NCBI GenBank assembly: GCA_951406725.2 | Contig: OX597816.1 | Span: 140,740,001-140,804,000, forward strand | Direction of reading: 5' to 3' | DNA length: 64,000 nucleotides | From: Octopus vulgaris | Taxonomy: Eukaryota | Part shown: positions 24,356 to 37,781 of the stretch, piece after piece | Layout of the letters: the number at the start of each line of letters is the position of its first letter | Position numbering within the stretch: position 1 is the stretch's first letter | Notes under the pieces: generated by a model | What the model was told of the DNA's origin: nothing | The model's database searches: none | The model's input: the letters and a program-made list of their open reading frames with translations, nothing else | Position numbers and translations under genes: made by a program

Positions 24356-25037
24356 TTAGTCAACAAAAACTTAATATAGAAGTACCTGCTGCTTGATGCA
24401 TTTTACTTGAAGTTGAGAAAAACAATGTTCATAATACCCCAACCTGATCTAAAACAAGGTTGTGTACTGAGTACTACTGAAGAGGAGCAGATGGATAAAA
24501 TGCTTCTGAATGAACTTTGAGCAAGTAAAATGACATTGATTATGACACCAAAATTTAGATCCTTTGTCTTTGTATATTGAGACTAGTATTTCATCAGTCT
24601 AGTCTGGCAGTATATAAACTCCTTCCTAGTTGTTTGTTATCACACACACACTCATACATCATTGTTTTTGTATCCACTTTCCAAGCTGGTATGGGTTGGG
24701 TGGGTTGTCAAGATCAGTCAACTCTTACTCAGAGTTACTGCCCTTCCGGTTGAGGATCGTGGATATCAATGACCTATCTCCAAAAATAAATGCTACAAGC
24801 ATTTTGAAACTGATGAGAATGTTGCATATCTTTGTGCTGTGAGTAAAGTTGGAGTGACAAAGGAATATTTCAGCAGACTTGAAATGTACAGTTGTTCTGT
24901 GTGAATCAAGGGTAGATGGAATAAAGTACTTAAATAGAAACTTGGAGGAGAAACACACAATTAAGCAGCAGATAGTTAGTCATGCAATGTATTCCACAAG
25001 GTAGAGAATAACAACAATACTGACAGGAAATAATCTG

Positions 25038-25275
25038 GTTCTATATTTAAGAGATGAATTATATACATTATTTACATTTGATGGCTATTTGTCCTCATCT
25101 TGTTTGTTGTGACTTGAACAACAACAACAACGACGACGACGACTTAGGAATGAGAACCCAGGTTCAAAATTTCCCCAAGACACCTGATGAAGGCAGGAGG
25201 GTATATCAGCCAAAACGTGTGTTAACAACAAAGAAGATGAGGACAAATATCTGTCAGATGTAAACAATGTAAATA
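25038..25275 (+). mobile_element. Hammerhead-bearing SINE-like element, truncated copy with an inverted 3' segment
   Basis: gacac CTGATGA a ggcag gagggtatat cagcc AAAA cgt gtgtt at 25179-25223. The segment 25064-25109 is inverted at 25225-25270. Homologous to 52345-52624. Confidence 0.75.
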
Positions 25276-25489
25276 TGGAAATAATCTCTCCAGAATATGT
25301 GATTGGTAAATCACATCTTATCTGGAAAGAAACACCCCTACTATTTAGGAATAGGCAATAGCTACAAAATATTCGCTCAGTAAAAGAGATAAGGATGCCT
25401 TCACCTTGTGTTGTCTCATACCAATGTGGAAGAGGTTACTGATAACAGCAGCTGCTCAAAAGTGTTTGACAACATTGTTATCAAACTTA

Positions 25490-26394
25490 TGAGATGCATT
25501 CAAAAAGTATCCAACTTATTTTTTCTCACCAAAACTAATGCTACGTGGGCAAAATCCTTTGGGTGGGATGTGATATCACCCTTCCTGTGCATGCATGAAA
25601 ATTTTCATGTCGAGAAGCCACATCAGTTTCCTACTGTTACACCTAGAGTACAGACATAGTGCACACTTGTCAGATTTTCGTTTTCAAACAAGATGACCAA
25701 ACACATCAAGCAGAGACCATAAACCCAAGTCTCATCATCAGTGATGATGGTCTTCATGAATTCTGGTTAACACAGTCCAGCATGTTCTGAGCAATTTCCA
25801 TGACATTACTTCTGCTGCTCTTCCAGCACCTTGGGTACAAATTTCATTGACACTCTCTGTATTCATAAACCCTCCATTAAAATAGAATGTTCTGATTCTG
25901 TGCTTATTCTCACTTCATGAACAATTTTCTGGACTGTTACATGGTGGTCTTCCATGACTATTCACTGAACCTTCTCAATTAACTCCTCATTTCGGCATGT
26001 GGAAGGCTTGCCCATGCATGCCTCATTGTCCACTGAGGTGTGGCCATGTTTGAAACAGTTGTACACTTCCTTGATCTGAGTTTTTCCAATGGTGTCTTCA
26101 GCAAAGGTCTACTGAATCTGTAGGAGGGTTTGAGCTTGAGTATCACCAAGCCTTTGGCAAAACTTGATGCAATGTCTCTGCTCAATGTTTTTGGTGAAAC
26201 CGAAAATATGACAAGTGTACACTACATGGTCTGTACTCTAGGCATAACAACTAGGAACTGATGTGGCCTACTGGCACAAAAATTTTCATTTATGCACATA
26301 AAAGGTGGTGTCACCTACAATGCAAAGGATTTTGCCCACATAGCATTAGTTTTGGTGGGAAAAAATAAAGTTGGCTACTTTTGAATGCACTTCA
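25490..26394 (-). mobile_element. Mariner deletion derivative with ~220-bp terminal inverted repeats and TA TSD
   Basis: TA|tgagatgcattcaaaaagtatccaac ... gttggctacttttgaatgcacttca|TA. Minus-strand transposase remnant IEQRHCIKFCQRLG ... MKTIITDDETWVYG. Confidence 0.85.
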
Positions 26395-27146
26395 TATTTG
26401 CAAAACTATCCAGGGTGTTCACATCTTTAAAAATTGCAAATACTGGTGGAACATTCCAATAAAAACAATAATTCAATGCTCATATAACAGAATAATATTT
26501 TTCTATGAGACAAGGAACAAAAGTCACATATTGCTGAGGAAGTCAACTGCCTAGCAGATATGTCTAACATTGCTGCAAAACAGAACATCTAAAGTGAACT
26601 AGTGTAGAACTTATAGCTCTTCTATCATAGGCACATTGGGCTATGCAAAAACAGATTTGCATAAAAGCCTGGAAATGCTGGGGGAAGTTTCTGTTAAAAA
26701 AATTTCCTGGTTTAAAATTAAAATATTCAGTGTCAAGCATGAATAATGTGTGTGTGTGGGAAGAAAAAACAAAACTTTCAACTGTAGATAGATGGCCTGA
26801 AAATCTGGGGAGGGGAAGCTGATTACACTGACTCCAGTACCCAAGTGGTACCTATCAATCCTGAAGAGAGAAAGGCAAAGTCAATCTCTGTCACATTTTC
26901 ACATTGAGTTCAAATGTTGTTGAAGTCTGCTTTGCCTTTCATCCCTTAAGGGTTAATAAAATAGTTACCAGTTGAGCAACAAGGTCAATGTAATTGACTA
27001 GCCACCCCTCAACCACCACCACAAAACTTCAGGCCTTGTGCTTGTTGGAGAAAGAAAGAAAGAAAAAATATCAAATTATAAATTTCTAAAAGTTAACGTT
27101 TCAAGTGCCAAAAGAATGACATAAGACAATGAAACAGTCCTAATAG

Positions 27147-27152
27147 TTTATT
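27147..27152 (-). promoter_or_regulatory. Candidate distal polyadenylation signal (AATAAA) of synaptogyrin
   Basis: AATAAA on minus at the boundary between a ~4 kb TE-free AT-rich tract and repeat DNA, followed by a U-rich downstream element. Confidence 0.4.
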
Positions 27153-30100
27153 ACAGCCACAAAGTGTAGTTACAACTTGTACAGTATGACAATGTCTGAC
27201 TAGTTGACATTCGTTGCATGCGTTCAGATGTTGTGCATGGCCTTGCAAGAATGGAGACAAGAAAAGGTAAGAGCTGTCTACTTGTTTGTTTTCATGTAGT
27301 TTGAGATATTGGTTATCGAATGGTAAAGCTGCAACAAAAATCTGCATCTTGTGAGCCCAAAACTAATCAACAGTAAAACGTTTAACTATACATTAATGTA
27401 AAGATCTCACTTTAATGAATATTTTGAGAAATAAGCCTATAGTTTTCTTTCCTTGCAGGCCTACAAAGTTTATTTGAAAAAAAAAAAAAAAGGCTCATTT
27501 TTTTTTTTTTGTTTAAAAGAAAATATTCTATAACATAATTAGTTGCTTACAATGCCCAATTTTGTTTCAAGTTAGTTACAATGAATATATTATAACAGTA
27601 GAAATCTCAACAGCAAAAATATATTATTTTAGCAGTAATTGATCAAATCCACTAAAAGATATGTTTTATGACTATTGTTTCTGATTTATGTATATCTTAC
27701 AGAAGAAAGAATTATATATAAAGGATAGGATTGTTAAATACAGTTTGTTGAAACAAAGTGAATAATGTGAAAAAGAAATACAGTTGAATTGATTTAAAAT
27801 TTTCACCGAATTCTTTCTGCAAAGGTCGACAAATAAGAGAATGGCATGATGTCTTGTTACAGGAGAGACAACTCCATGTAACTTGAGATAAGATTGTACA
27901 AGACAAAGTAGTTTGTGCCACAATTGAAATCATTAAAAAACAAATACTGTTTAAATAAAGATTAGATAAAAAAAATGAAAACTTGCAAAACAAAAAAGAA
28001 TACCTTTCATTAAAAGAAGATTAAGTGCTAATCTCCAACATAAAATATTCTTTGGTAATCTGAAGCTAAAAATATTGGGCAATAAAATAAACTGAATAAA
28101 TTAAAGGACTCAATTTTGTGAATGTATAAGCTGTTAAGGGCAGAGATAGAAAGTAAGAAGAAACAGATTTTCTTTATTGAATTTCTTAGTTATATTTTCA
28201 TCAACAATATTAATAATCAAAAACATAACAATAACAATGTTGCAGATGTGGTTTGGGGTTGGCTGAGTGTTATGACTGGACTGTAGAATGCATGCAAGTT
28301 CATACAATGTAGCTTTTGGACATCAAATCACAACTAGAATGAAAACCAGTGGATTGATGCAAGTCAAGACAAATAACTAGATGCACATTGCTTACCAAAT
28401 AATAAATTATGAATATGAATTCTGAATGTCCATACACACAATCACATACACCCATTCCTTATCTCTTGGAGGTGGGGGAAAACATTTTCAACAACCCTAA
28501 ATTTGCATAGTTAAAACAAAATTACAACAATTAAGAAAAAAAAAAAAAAACGAAACTGAATATTGATACATAAATGTATTTTGGAATGATGTGAGTATAA
28601 AAAATAACTTAAAAATAAAGCATATAACCTCAAATCTAGTTAAAAGATTTAATAAAAATGTTTTAGAAACTAAAACTAGGTAAATGAAATTTTTTGTTCT
28701 GTTTTAGTTAAAAACCTCCAAACATGTTAAGTTTATTTGAAGTAAAACAAAGTATTAAGAGGTCTAAATAAAGTTTCAAGAACAATACAATGAGATAACC
28801 ATATATACTTCCAGCCGAACAATGAATGGAAGAGATGAACAGAAAATGTATTAATTAAGCAATCAACAATTAACAGTAGATGGCACTACATTTCTTGGAA
28901 TTTAAGATTTTTATACTTTCTAAAGAACTGAGATGAGTTTTAGACATAAATAGCTGTTTGACATGGAAGAAAATTATGATAGAAACTGTCAGGTTATGTG
29001 AAAATAACTTCATAAGAAATAGTACAGAGAAAGTAAACTATTTTAAAAAACACTTAGCACTAAATAGAATTCTTTTTATTATTTTATTAGCTTTCTTTTT
29101 TTTTAAATATGGCAAAGAGTTAATGACAATAACACGTTACTATATCCATCAAAGTATATGCAAATTTTTGTGTGCATATAAATTTTACACACACATATAT
29201 ATATACACACACAGCTATCTAGCTAGTTAAATATTTCAATTTAGATAGTTGTTACTAAACAGCAGAGAATAAATAATATTGATTACAAAATGATATAGAG
29301 GAACTGGAACAGACTAATTAAACGACCAAACCTAAAGAAAATAAACTGATGTGTTAACATAATGTGTTAAGCTAAATTCGACTAGAAATGTAAACACTGG
29401 AATAACTAAAAACCCAATAGCTCTAAAATATAATTCAAAAACCAATCTTACACGTTTTTTTTTTTTGGTTTTTTTCCTTTTTTCTTTTATTATCCCAGGC
29501 TACCTAGTTGATTGTTTTTTTTTACTGGAAAAAAAAAGGAATGAAACAAAACTAATACTGAAGCAATGAGATGAAAGGGTCAGCAGAGTAGGCTGACCAA
29601 TGTCAAACTTGTTGAGCAATGACAGCCTGAGAACACTGCTAGTAAAATTCTGCATGACTTCCCAGATAATGAGGATCTTGATACATCAGCAGTTGGTATA
29701 TAACTCATGTCCAAGAAGAGAGGAGAGATCAGTGTTTGAGAACAATAGACTGATCAGGAGAGCAACACAATAACAAGGTCATTCCTAAAGATAATAGTAT
29801 GGAATGCAACACATCTCATGACTTTAATTCCCACACTCCAAAAATTATTATAATAAAACAATTGGATACTTTACCAGTAATTTTAAGATATGTTTATTGC
29901 ATTATGAATAAGTCTAAATAAATCTTTTGTGTTTGTTTTGAATCAAGAAGGAAAGTGTTGACTTAGGGAATAAAAGATGTTTGGATGAATATAATTGAAA
30001 TTTTAATAGTATTTCCAAAATACCTCCTTTCTGATGATTCTGATAAGTAATCAAAAGTATAAGAAATTTAGACACTAAATCTGAACTGAATAAAGTGGCT

Positions 30101-31135
30101 ATTTATTTCACTGTGATAAAGTGGCTATTTATTTCACTTATTGCTAATAACCAACAGAATTAAAAAAAAAAAAAAAGAAAAAAAGAGAGAGAGGGAGAGA
30201 GACTTTTCAATGTTTTAAACATTTTACATTGTTTAATATAAAAAGTAGCAAAGTGGTCAGTTTAGTGGTTGGTGAACTATTGCCAGCTGTAAAATCTTAC
30301 AGATACACAACATTTCAGGCTGAGTTTTTCTCTAATGGCAAACATACAGTCAATGAGACTGGAGAATAGTCAAGTGAGTCAAACAGTACCTCACAACCAC
30401 ATACCACTAGTGGCTTCAAAGTCTAGCAAATAAGCAGAGAGTTTTATTGTTTTGATGGTATTATCAGAAGGTAATAGAGAAATAAGTTATATAAACTTAA
30501 TTTCAAAATGCTTTGGAAAAAAAAATTCCTGTAAAGCTATTTTATATATTATTTAAAAACAGCTATAAAAATAAGTTGTATAAATAATATCTCACTTGTA
30601 TTATTGTTTATATTTTTAAATAAGCAAAAAAATTTCTTTTAATAAGCTGAAGAAAATAAAATAAGATGATGGTAACACTCTTGTTACACAATACTTTTAA
30701 AATCTTAATAATTTCAAATGTCTTTAAAACTTAATATCTCTTTAATTGTAAATTATACACTTGACTAATAACACCAATTTATACAACCAAGACAGTGCTG
30801 ACACCTGATGGCAGGAATAAGAGACTGACTTTTAGAATATTATTTCAAGCCAACTCTAAAATATTGAAAAAAGAGTCAAGATTTGACAGTATTATTTCAT
30901 AAAGAAATCCAGCAACAATGCCCATACCAGTCTGAGCAATTGAAAAAAAATGGCTGGTGTTGGCACAGTTACAGTTACTGCCAGTAACATGTAACATTCA
31001 AACTGTAGACAGTTTCCACGTGATCCCTTAACATCAGGTGTTTGCAAGTTCAGGATATTATCCTGCCGCTAACACTCATGCCTTTCAATTGTCTCTAATA
31101 GTTTCTTCTTTTGCTTGGATAAGTTGATTCAAGAG

Positions 31136-31330
31136 TTAATAGGTAGGTGTTTGAAAATCTGGAGCTTCTTTTTGCGCACTAAATGGTGGTTGCTGATATG
31201 GATCACCAGTCTCACTTCCTGGGAAGGAAGAATAGGGAGAGGAAACATTTGCTTCTGGTTCATAACCACTTGTGAAAGCTTCACCTGCACCCAAACGGTA
31301 CTTCTGAACAGCCAAAAAAGTGAGAACACC
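31136..31330 (-). CDS. SYNGR: Synaptogyrin, last coding exon
   Basis: ttattgcag|GGT GTT CTC (phase 0). GVLTFLAVQKYRLGAGEAFTSGYEP...PYSSFPG...DPYQQPPFS...FQTPTY* is the typical Tyr/Pro-rich synaptogyrin tail. Confidence 0.9.
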   Translation of the reverse strand, partial: GVLTFLAVQKYRLGAGEAFTSGYEPEANVSSPYSSFPGSETGDPYQQPPFSAQKEAPDFQTPTY

Positions 31331-32099
31331 CTGCAATAAATATTACAAAAGTTATAAATAAAACTGGTAGAAATAGGTAAAAAAAATATTTAAATACCAA
31401 TGTTATAAAGAAATACATCAAAATCAGGGATGATAATCTATAGTACTATGGTACAGGTGCCAAGGACATGAACAAAATTTCTTGGCACACAACATTGCTT
31501 TGCTATGTATCAAGACACTGACCTTGATTGAAACACATTGTACCATTTAATTAATAGTTGAATAGACAAGAATAGATACATTATTTTTAAAAAGAAAAAG
31601 AAAATTAGTCATATTAATAAAATGACTATCATTTATTTTGATTAACTTTAAATTCTTACTTTGAGCAATTGAAATGCATAAACAATGTAGTCTAGTTAGA
31701 AAAAGGATTAGGAAAAAAGTGAAACAATTCTTGAATCAGTTACCTTTATACAGATATAAACTGGAGCAGAGCAAACTGAGCCACTACATCCATAGTATCT
31801 CTTTCTTCACTAGTATATAATTATGTCAGTATAGATTAAAAACAAGATAAAGCCTGAAATGTTAGAATTCTACATTCCTCACACCAACTGAACTTATGAA
31901 ACTGTAGTATAATGCCAATGTGGTTACCAAAAAGCATTTATACTGGCAGTTAATGCCAATTTGACAATTTTAGACAATGTTACATAGTCTATTATGAGTG
32001 TATATTGTTTTTAAACAATATATACATCAAACAGGAAGAAAACTTTGAAGACAACATTCTAAAACCATTTTTTATCCCTGCTACAGGAAGGTTTAGTTT

Positions 32100-32710
32100 T
32101 GCAGGCCCATAACAGACTTCTCTATTTTGCTCTGTTCTCTAAATCCACCTCACCAATCACCTTACCCTTATTTCCTCCACCATTTTCAACCATATCTTTC
32201 CCAATTTTTTCCTTGCCTACTTCTTTCCACATTAATTTCCACTACCCCTCTCACCCAGTAACTTTCCTACTTCCTCAGTACATGACCCAGTCAATCTTAC
32301 CCAATTTTTCTTAATATGCATCACTGATTTTATTTCCCTCATCCTCTGTGATTAATTGCTCGTCTTCCCTCCCTTCTCTCTCTTTCTTTCAGCTTTACGC
32401 CATTTATCCAACGAACCATTCTCATTTCTTTTCTTTTCAGCCCTCTCTGTTGTTTCAGGTTCATTATCCATGCCTCATGCACATAAATCATAGCGCTTCT
32501 CACACGTGCAACATACACTCTACCCTTCAGTTTTAGCAAAACTGCGCACCCTCTTTTCAATAGCACACCACTAAGTTCCTGGAATTTCTTCCATGTATTT
32601 AGGTAACAAAATATTTTTCTTACACCTTCCATCCTAACCCCATTTCCAGTCCCCATCTCTCCTTTCTTCCAACAGCAATCTCTCTCCATACGCACCTGTA
32701 TCTCCCTCAT
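32100..32710 (-). mobile_element. Degraded RTE LINE ORF2 C-terminal fragment
   Basis: WKKFQELSGVL...KLKGRVYVARVRSAMIY...EMRMVRWINGV. Confidence 0.7.
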
Positions 32711-35700
32711 TAGTTAATAATCCTCTCACACTACTATATTATCCATGAACCCACCCAGTAAGAAAATTCTGAGGAGAGAGAGACTTAAATTAATTAACTG
32801 ATTTATAATAAAGAGACATACATATAAAAATTTCTTTAGATGAAAGTACAAATGACAAACACAATGCAACTTCTAAACTCTCCTCAGCTTACTAATACAA
32901 CAAATCAAACACCTATTTTTTTATATACTTCTCTACTTCATAACCAATATATTCATAGGGCACTAGTTCCAGTCAATACACCATTAAATTAATTTTCATT
33001 TTGTACCCTCATTCAAATATATCTACTTAGCAATACACACGCATCAAACCATACTTATATAGGTGGTCTTGCTGCGGAATGAAATCCCAAAATCTTGGCA
33101 ACAGTAGTTGTCAGAGTTTATTTAACTTATTGCCAATGTGATAAAGAATGATTTGTAGCCATATAGAAAATGTGTCTTAATACATACACATACACAGCTA
33201 GGTGTGTGTGTATGGGGGGGGGGATGTGCAACTTGTGCAAGATTCCATCTAGATGCAATATAAAATGATGGTGGGATATTGCTGCAGAGAGAACTAAGAG
33301 AAAAGTTTATGTATGTCAATGTAGATGAGGAATGAAAGTGCTACTATGAGAAACACTATGAATGTGGAGAATGTATGACAAATAGAGGGTCCACCTCAAA
33401 GAGTCCCAACAAAAGGACCAACCGTTGAAATTGACATCAGAGTGAATGGAGATACTCTAGAGAAGGGTAACCAGACACATCAAACTAACAAATGGGGTTA
33501 TGAAAGTTGCAGAATGAGTCATGGCACAAATGAAGAAAATTCAGACCAGATGAAATGCAGTTCAGTTTTGTGCCAGGAAGAGATACTACCAATACAATAG
33601 TCTTATTGAAACAACTGCAGGAGATGCATTTACTCAACCCTTTTGCCACTGACCATTATCCTTATCACTCTCTAAGAAAATGGCAAGGGACCAGGAGATG
33701 TAGCAATTTGCTGTACTTGATAAAACATGTCAAGCTAAGTAAAAATTGCTGTCTTTCACTTGTACAGGCTTGTCCTTTTAGGTGCTGGTGCCACTTAAAA
33801 AGCACCGGTGCCAGTCATAGAAACAATGCTACAACAGACAGCTGGAGTCTGGACAGCTCCCTGCTAGTCAGCCCCATGTCAAACCATCCAAACCATGCCA
33901 GCATGGAAACTGGACGTTAAACGATGATGATGACTTACCTAAACAACCATCAAAATCCCTCTATCACTCTACCTCTCTTCCATCCTAATGTCTGTAAAAA
34001 GAGATAGCATCAGATCTGTCCATATTCAGTCCCACTTACTACCCCCCCTACCACTAACCATTACTCTCTCTCTCTCCCTCATGTGACTCTTAGTTTAAAT
34101 CTAGTCTCACCATAATTCATCTCTGTTGCTAGCCATCGCTTACTCTCTTATGATACGTCTGTTTGCTAGCCCATCTTACAGCTCATGCTGTTTTACATGT
34201 AACTATTAGAGTCTCTGATCCATTACCCCCCCCTACCATCCTATCACTGTTTCTCCCCCATAACACACACACTCCTCTTTCATTCTCTCAGTCATGTTCA
34301 CCACAAGAACAGAGTGTATGTAGAATTCTTTAGTCTAGTATGGACAGCTTTGCTAGTGTTGGTACAACAAAATTCACCCAGAATCCTCAGTAACATGGCT
34401 GGTGACTGAATAAAGAGAGAGCAGTAACAGATCCTTACTTGCATCAAGGAAATGACAATTTCTCTAGTTCTAGTAACAGAACCACAATAAGATTCACTTA
34501 GTACACTTAGAAAGTGGTTGTTTTTAGGAAGGGCATCCAGCTGTGGAAACCAAGCTTAAAATGGAACATACAAGGAAGACAAGGCCCTTTGATCTTACAC
34601 TTAAATACAGAGTGATTTGGACAATGATAACCCATCTAATTCATGTCACTATGGAAAGCAGACATCAAGTCTTTTAAGCATTGAAAACTGCTTATTAATT
34701 TTGGGTTTTACTTTGATGTTTAGCTTAATTCCAGCAAAATTATAATCTGTCAAATACTGTGCCTCTTAAAACTCAAACTTGTCCCATCATTCAAATCTTT
34801 CCATCTGGTTAGAACATAATCAATTATGTGCCATTTATTGGAACCAGGATGCAGTCAAGTTCTTTTGTAATCCCTACATTCAAAGAACCTGTTACAAACA
34901 GCGAAATTCAATTCTGTGTACATCAGTAGCTGATATAAACATTAGAATTTCCTAGCAGTTTCTTATTTCAAATGGGCCTTGAATATGAAAGATTTGCAAA
35001 GGCTAGAAAACAAACTGCTAGCAAGAATATCCCACAGAATGTGCATGAATGATAAAGCACAAATGAGTTGAGAGAGTAGTCTCTCTTGTAGTGTGCTTGT
35101 GTAAGAACAAATGATGTCTACAAGCAAATGAGTTATTTGCTGTATAAAGAAGTACCAAGTGGATTGAACCTGCAGAAGAGGAGATAGAGAAAAACTAAGG
35201 AAAAAGGTGTGGAAAACTTATTTCATGAAGCTGAATCTCACAAAAGAGATGATAGATTATAACAAGTAGTAAGATGCTGTCTTGGAGAAAATTTGTTCAT
35301 TCCATGTAAGCATGTAAAGGAGCAGACATCATTCTTTAACATAACTATAAAATCAAGATTATTTCAGACAAAAATTACCTAATCAAAACATTAAAGCAAA
35401 TACAAGGAATTAAAAACAAGTATTAAAAAAAAACATCTTTGCAAGTGTGAACCATAAGAAATGTAGATGATTGTTTCACAAAGTTATCAATATTGGATTT
35501 TTTTGATAATGACAACCAATATAGCGTAACTGTTACCTTCAAAGAATCGGAAAATAGATAAATGGGGTCTAAAGAAACTAGCATTGGACTATGTCTGCAA
35601 AAATCAGTTAATAAAATCTACACATTTGAAAATTTGTGGGGAGAGAACTTTCTTTTCTCTTTCTGAAGAATGGCCAGTTCCAAAATATTAAAATTTACAA

Positions 35701-36136
35701 CTCCCCATGACATACAAGCTTATTCAAATTTGTAAAATCATACATACAATCAATTTTGTAGACACAATCCTTAGGAAAGGAATGAAACTAAATTGACCCA
35801 TCAAATTACTCCATCATAAAATATAAATGTTTACTCCACATGATTCATGTCCTGTGAGATTGCTTCTTGAATTTAAAAAAAAAAGCAATTGGAAAAATGA
35901 CAATTTTTTAACATGCCTGAAAAGCTCACACTCAGCAGGGAACATTTTGGTGGATTAAATATAGTATATCAATACAATGTATGTATTAACTATGAAAGAC
36001 CTGATGATTTTCACTTGCTGTATAAACTCATTTAAAATACATAAAATAAGGGGTGTATAGCAGTAAATGTCTTTTGGGATATCTCTACATTGACAATCTG
36101 TGATATGCACATCATATAACTTGTAAGGATACTTAC

Positions 36137-36279
36137 AAAGCTAAGAATTGAAAAGAAAGAGAATGCAATAGCAGCTTGAATATCATCTTTGCCATGATCC
36201 TTTGGAAGCACTGATTTAGTCTTCCTCCATGAATCAGCAAGGTAACAGAAGCACACAAACCACATAAATGTCCAGGCTC
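36137..36279 (-). CDS. SYNGR: Synaptogyrin, internal exon (MARVEL TM3-TM4)
   Basis: cttttag|GA GCC TGG ... AGC TTT|gtaagt. AWTFMWFVCFCYLADSW...IQAAIAFSFFSILSF. Phases 1 and 0 match the neighbouring exons. Confidence 0.92.
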
Positions 36280-37571
36280 CTAAAAGTAGAAAGAAGGAAA
36301 ATATTTGAGATTATTACAGAAATTTTCTCCTTCAATTAATAAAAAAATTAATTTCTTGCTAACTAACAAGATAGTTAAATGTAAATATCAGCTACCATAC
36401 ACAGCTAACAAATGAACTAAAGTCCATCCAGAACAAATTTATAATTTCTTTTATTCTTTTACTTGTTTTAGCCAGTAAAAATATTTTATTTTTACTTTGA
36501 AATATACTTGAAATGTATTTAGTTGTCAAATCAACCTTAAGACTTATTCTATCAGTCACTTTTTGCTAAATAGTTAAGTGGTGAGGAGGTGAATCAACAG
36601 ACTACTAACAGGTGAGAAACAAACAAGCATGCATATACACACACACATTCACACTTTTCACCAACCGAATTTAGTTACAAAATATTGGTCAGCTTTAGTA
36701 GAAGACATTTCCATACAGTGCCACACACTGGGACTGAACTCAAGATCAGGTGGTTGTGAAGTGAACTTCTTAACTACACAACCATATATCTTTTGTTCAT
36801 AATAATTAATTGGAAAGAAGCACTACTAAATAGAAACCAAACTAGAAAGAAAATTCAGTCTACAAACTTCAAAGAACCAACAAATAAAAAGAGGGTTTGA
36901 GTAAACTAGTATTGGCTTGTGTCCACAAAATCAATCAATAAAGTTCCCAAATTTGAAAATAAAGACAATATTTTATAATCAGGATAAAATATTACAGCAT
37001 TTAAATTTAGAGGATAGTTTGGGGTGGTGTAGCAGTATTATAGATTATTACGTAGAAGACATATAAGAGAGGGGCACTTACAGGTATCTTAGTTTGATTG
37101 GAAGTAGTTCAGAAAGTGTTTGTGAAGTTCTGACAAACATTAGTTTGAGCAAAATGAAGTTTGGGTTTGTACCAGGTCCTATCTGTAGTGGAAAACAACT
37201 GCTAGAGCAGTTCTTCACAAACAACGCTACTTTGCATTTCTTGACATGAAAAGTCTGTTGAATATGTCCCACAATCTGTTGTCTATGGGACATTGAGAAA
37301 AAGATGGGTAAGAGTTACTAAAGTATCAGGGTGAGGTAATAAAAAGTAAGGTTGTCAACTAGTTTAGTGAAGAGTGTACAGATAAGTGTTCACTAAGATT
37401 ATGTCCTGACTTCTACTCATAAATTCTTCAGGCAATAACAATGGTGCTCAGGACTGGATGTCCCTGAGAACAACTGTATGTTGATAATATGATTTATACT
37501 GCAGAATGTAACACAGCTAAAAGAAAAATGTTTCATACCCAGAATGATATTTTTCAATTCAAAGGCCTTAA

Positions 37572-37781
37572 CACTTTAGCATTTAACCAGCCTTATCCAA
37601 CCAATATATCCTGTTTTATGTTCAAACTGGCCAATTCTGGCCTCTCACATCTAACCTACAATATCATTCTGAAAATATACACTCATCAAAATCTGAAGAC
37701 TAAAAGCTAATACATGATTAATTCAAAACAATGTGAATAAATAGGTATTACATTTTACAGAGTAATCTGAATGCTGAAGGG
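37572..37781 (+). mobile_element. piggyBac-like MITE (~210 bp, TTAA TSD), with a partial tandem copy to ~37975
   Basis: TTAA|cactttagcattt ... aatgctgaaggg|TTAA. The copy at 63534-63745 starts TTAA|ccctttagcattt. Fragments at ~50885-50975 and ~55395-55533. Confidence 0.75.
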
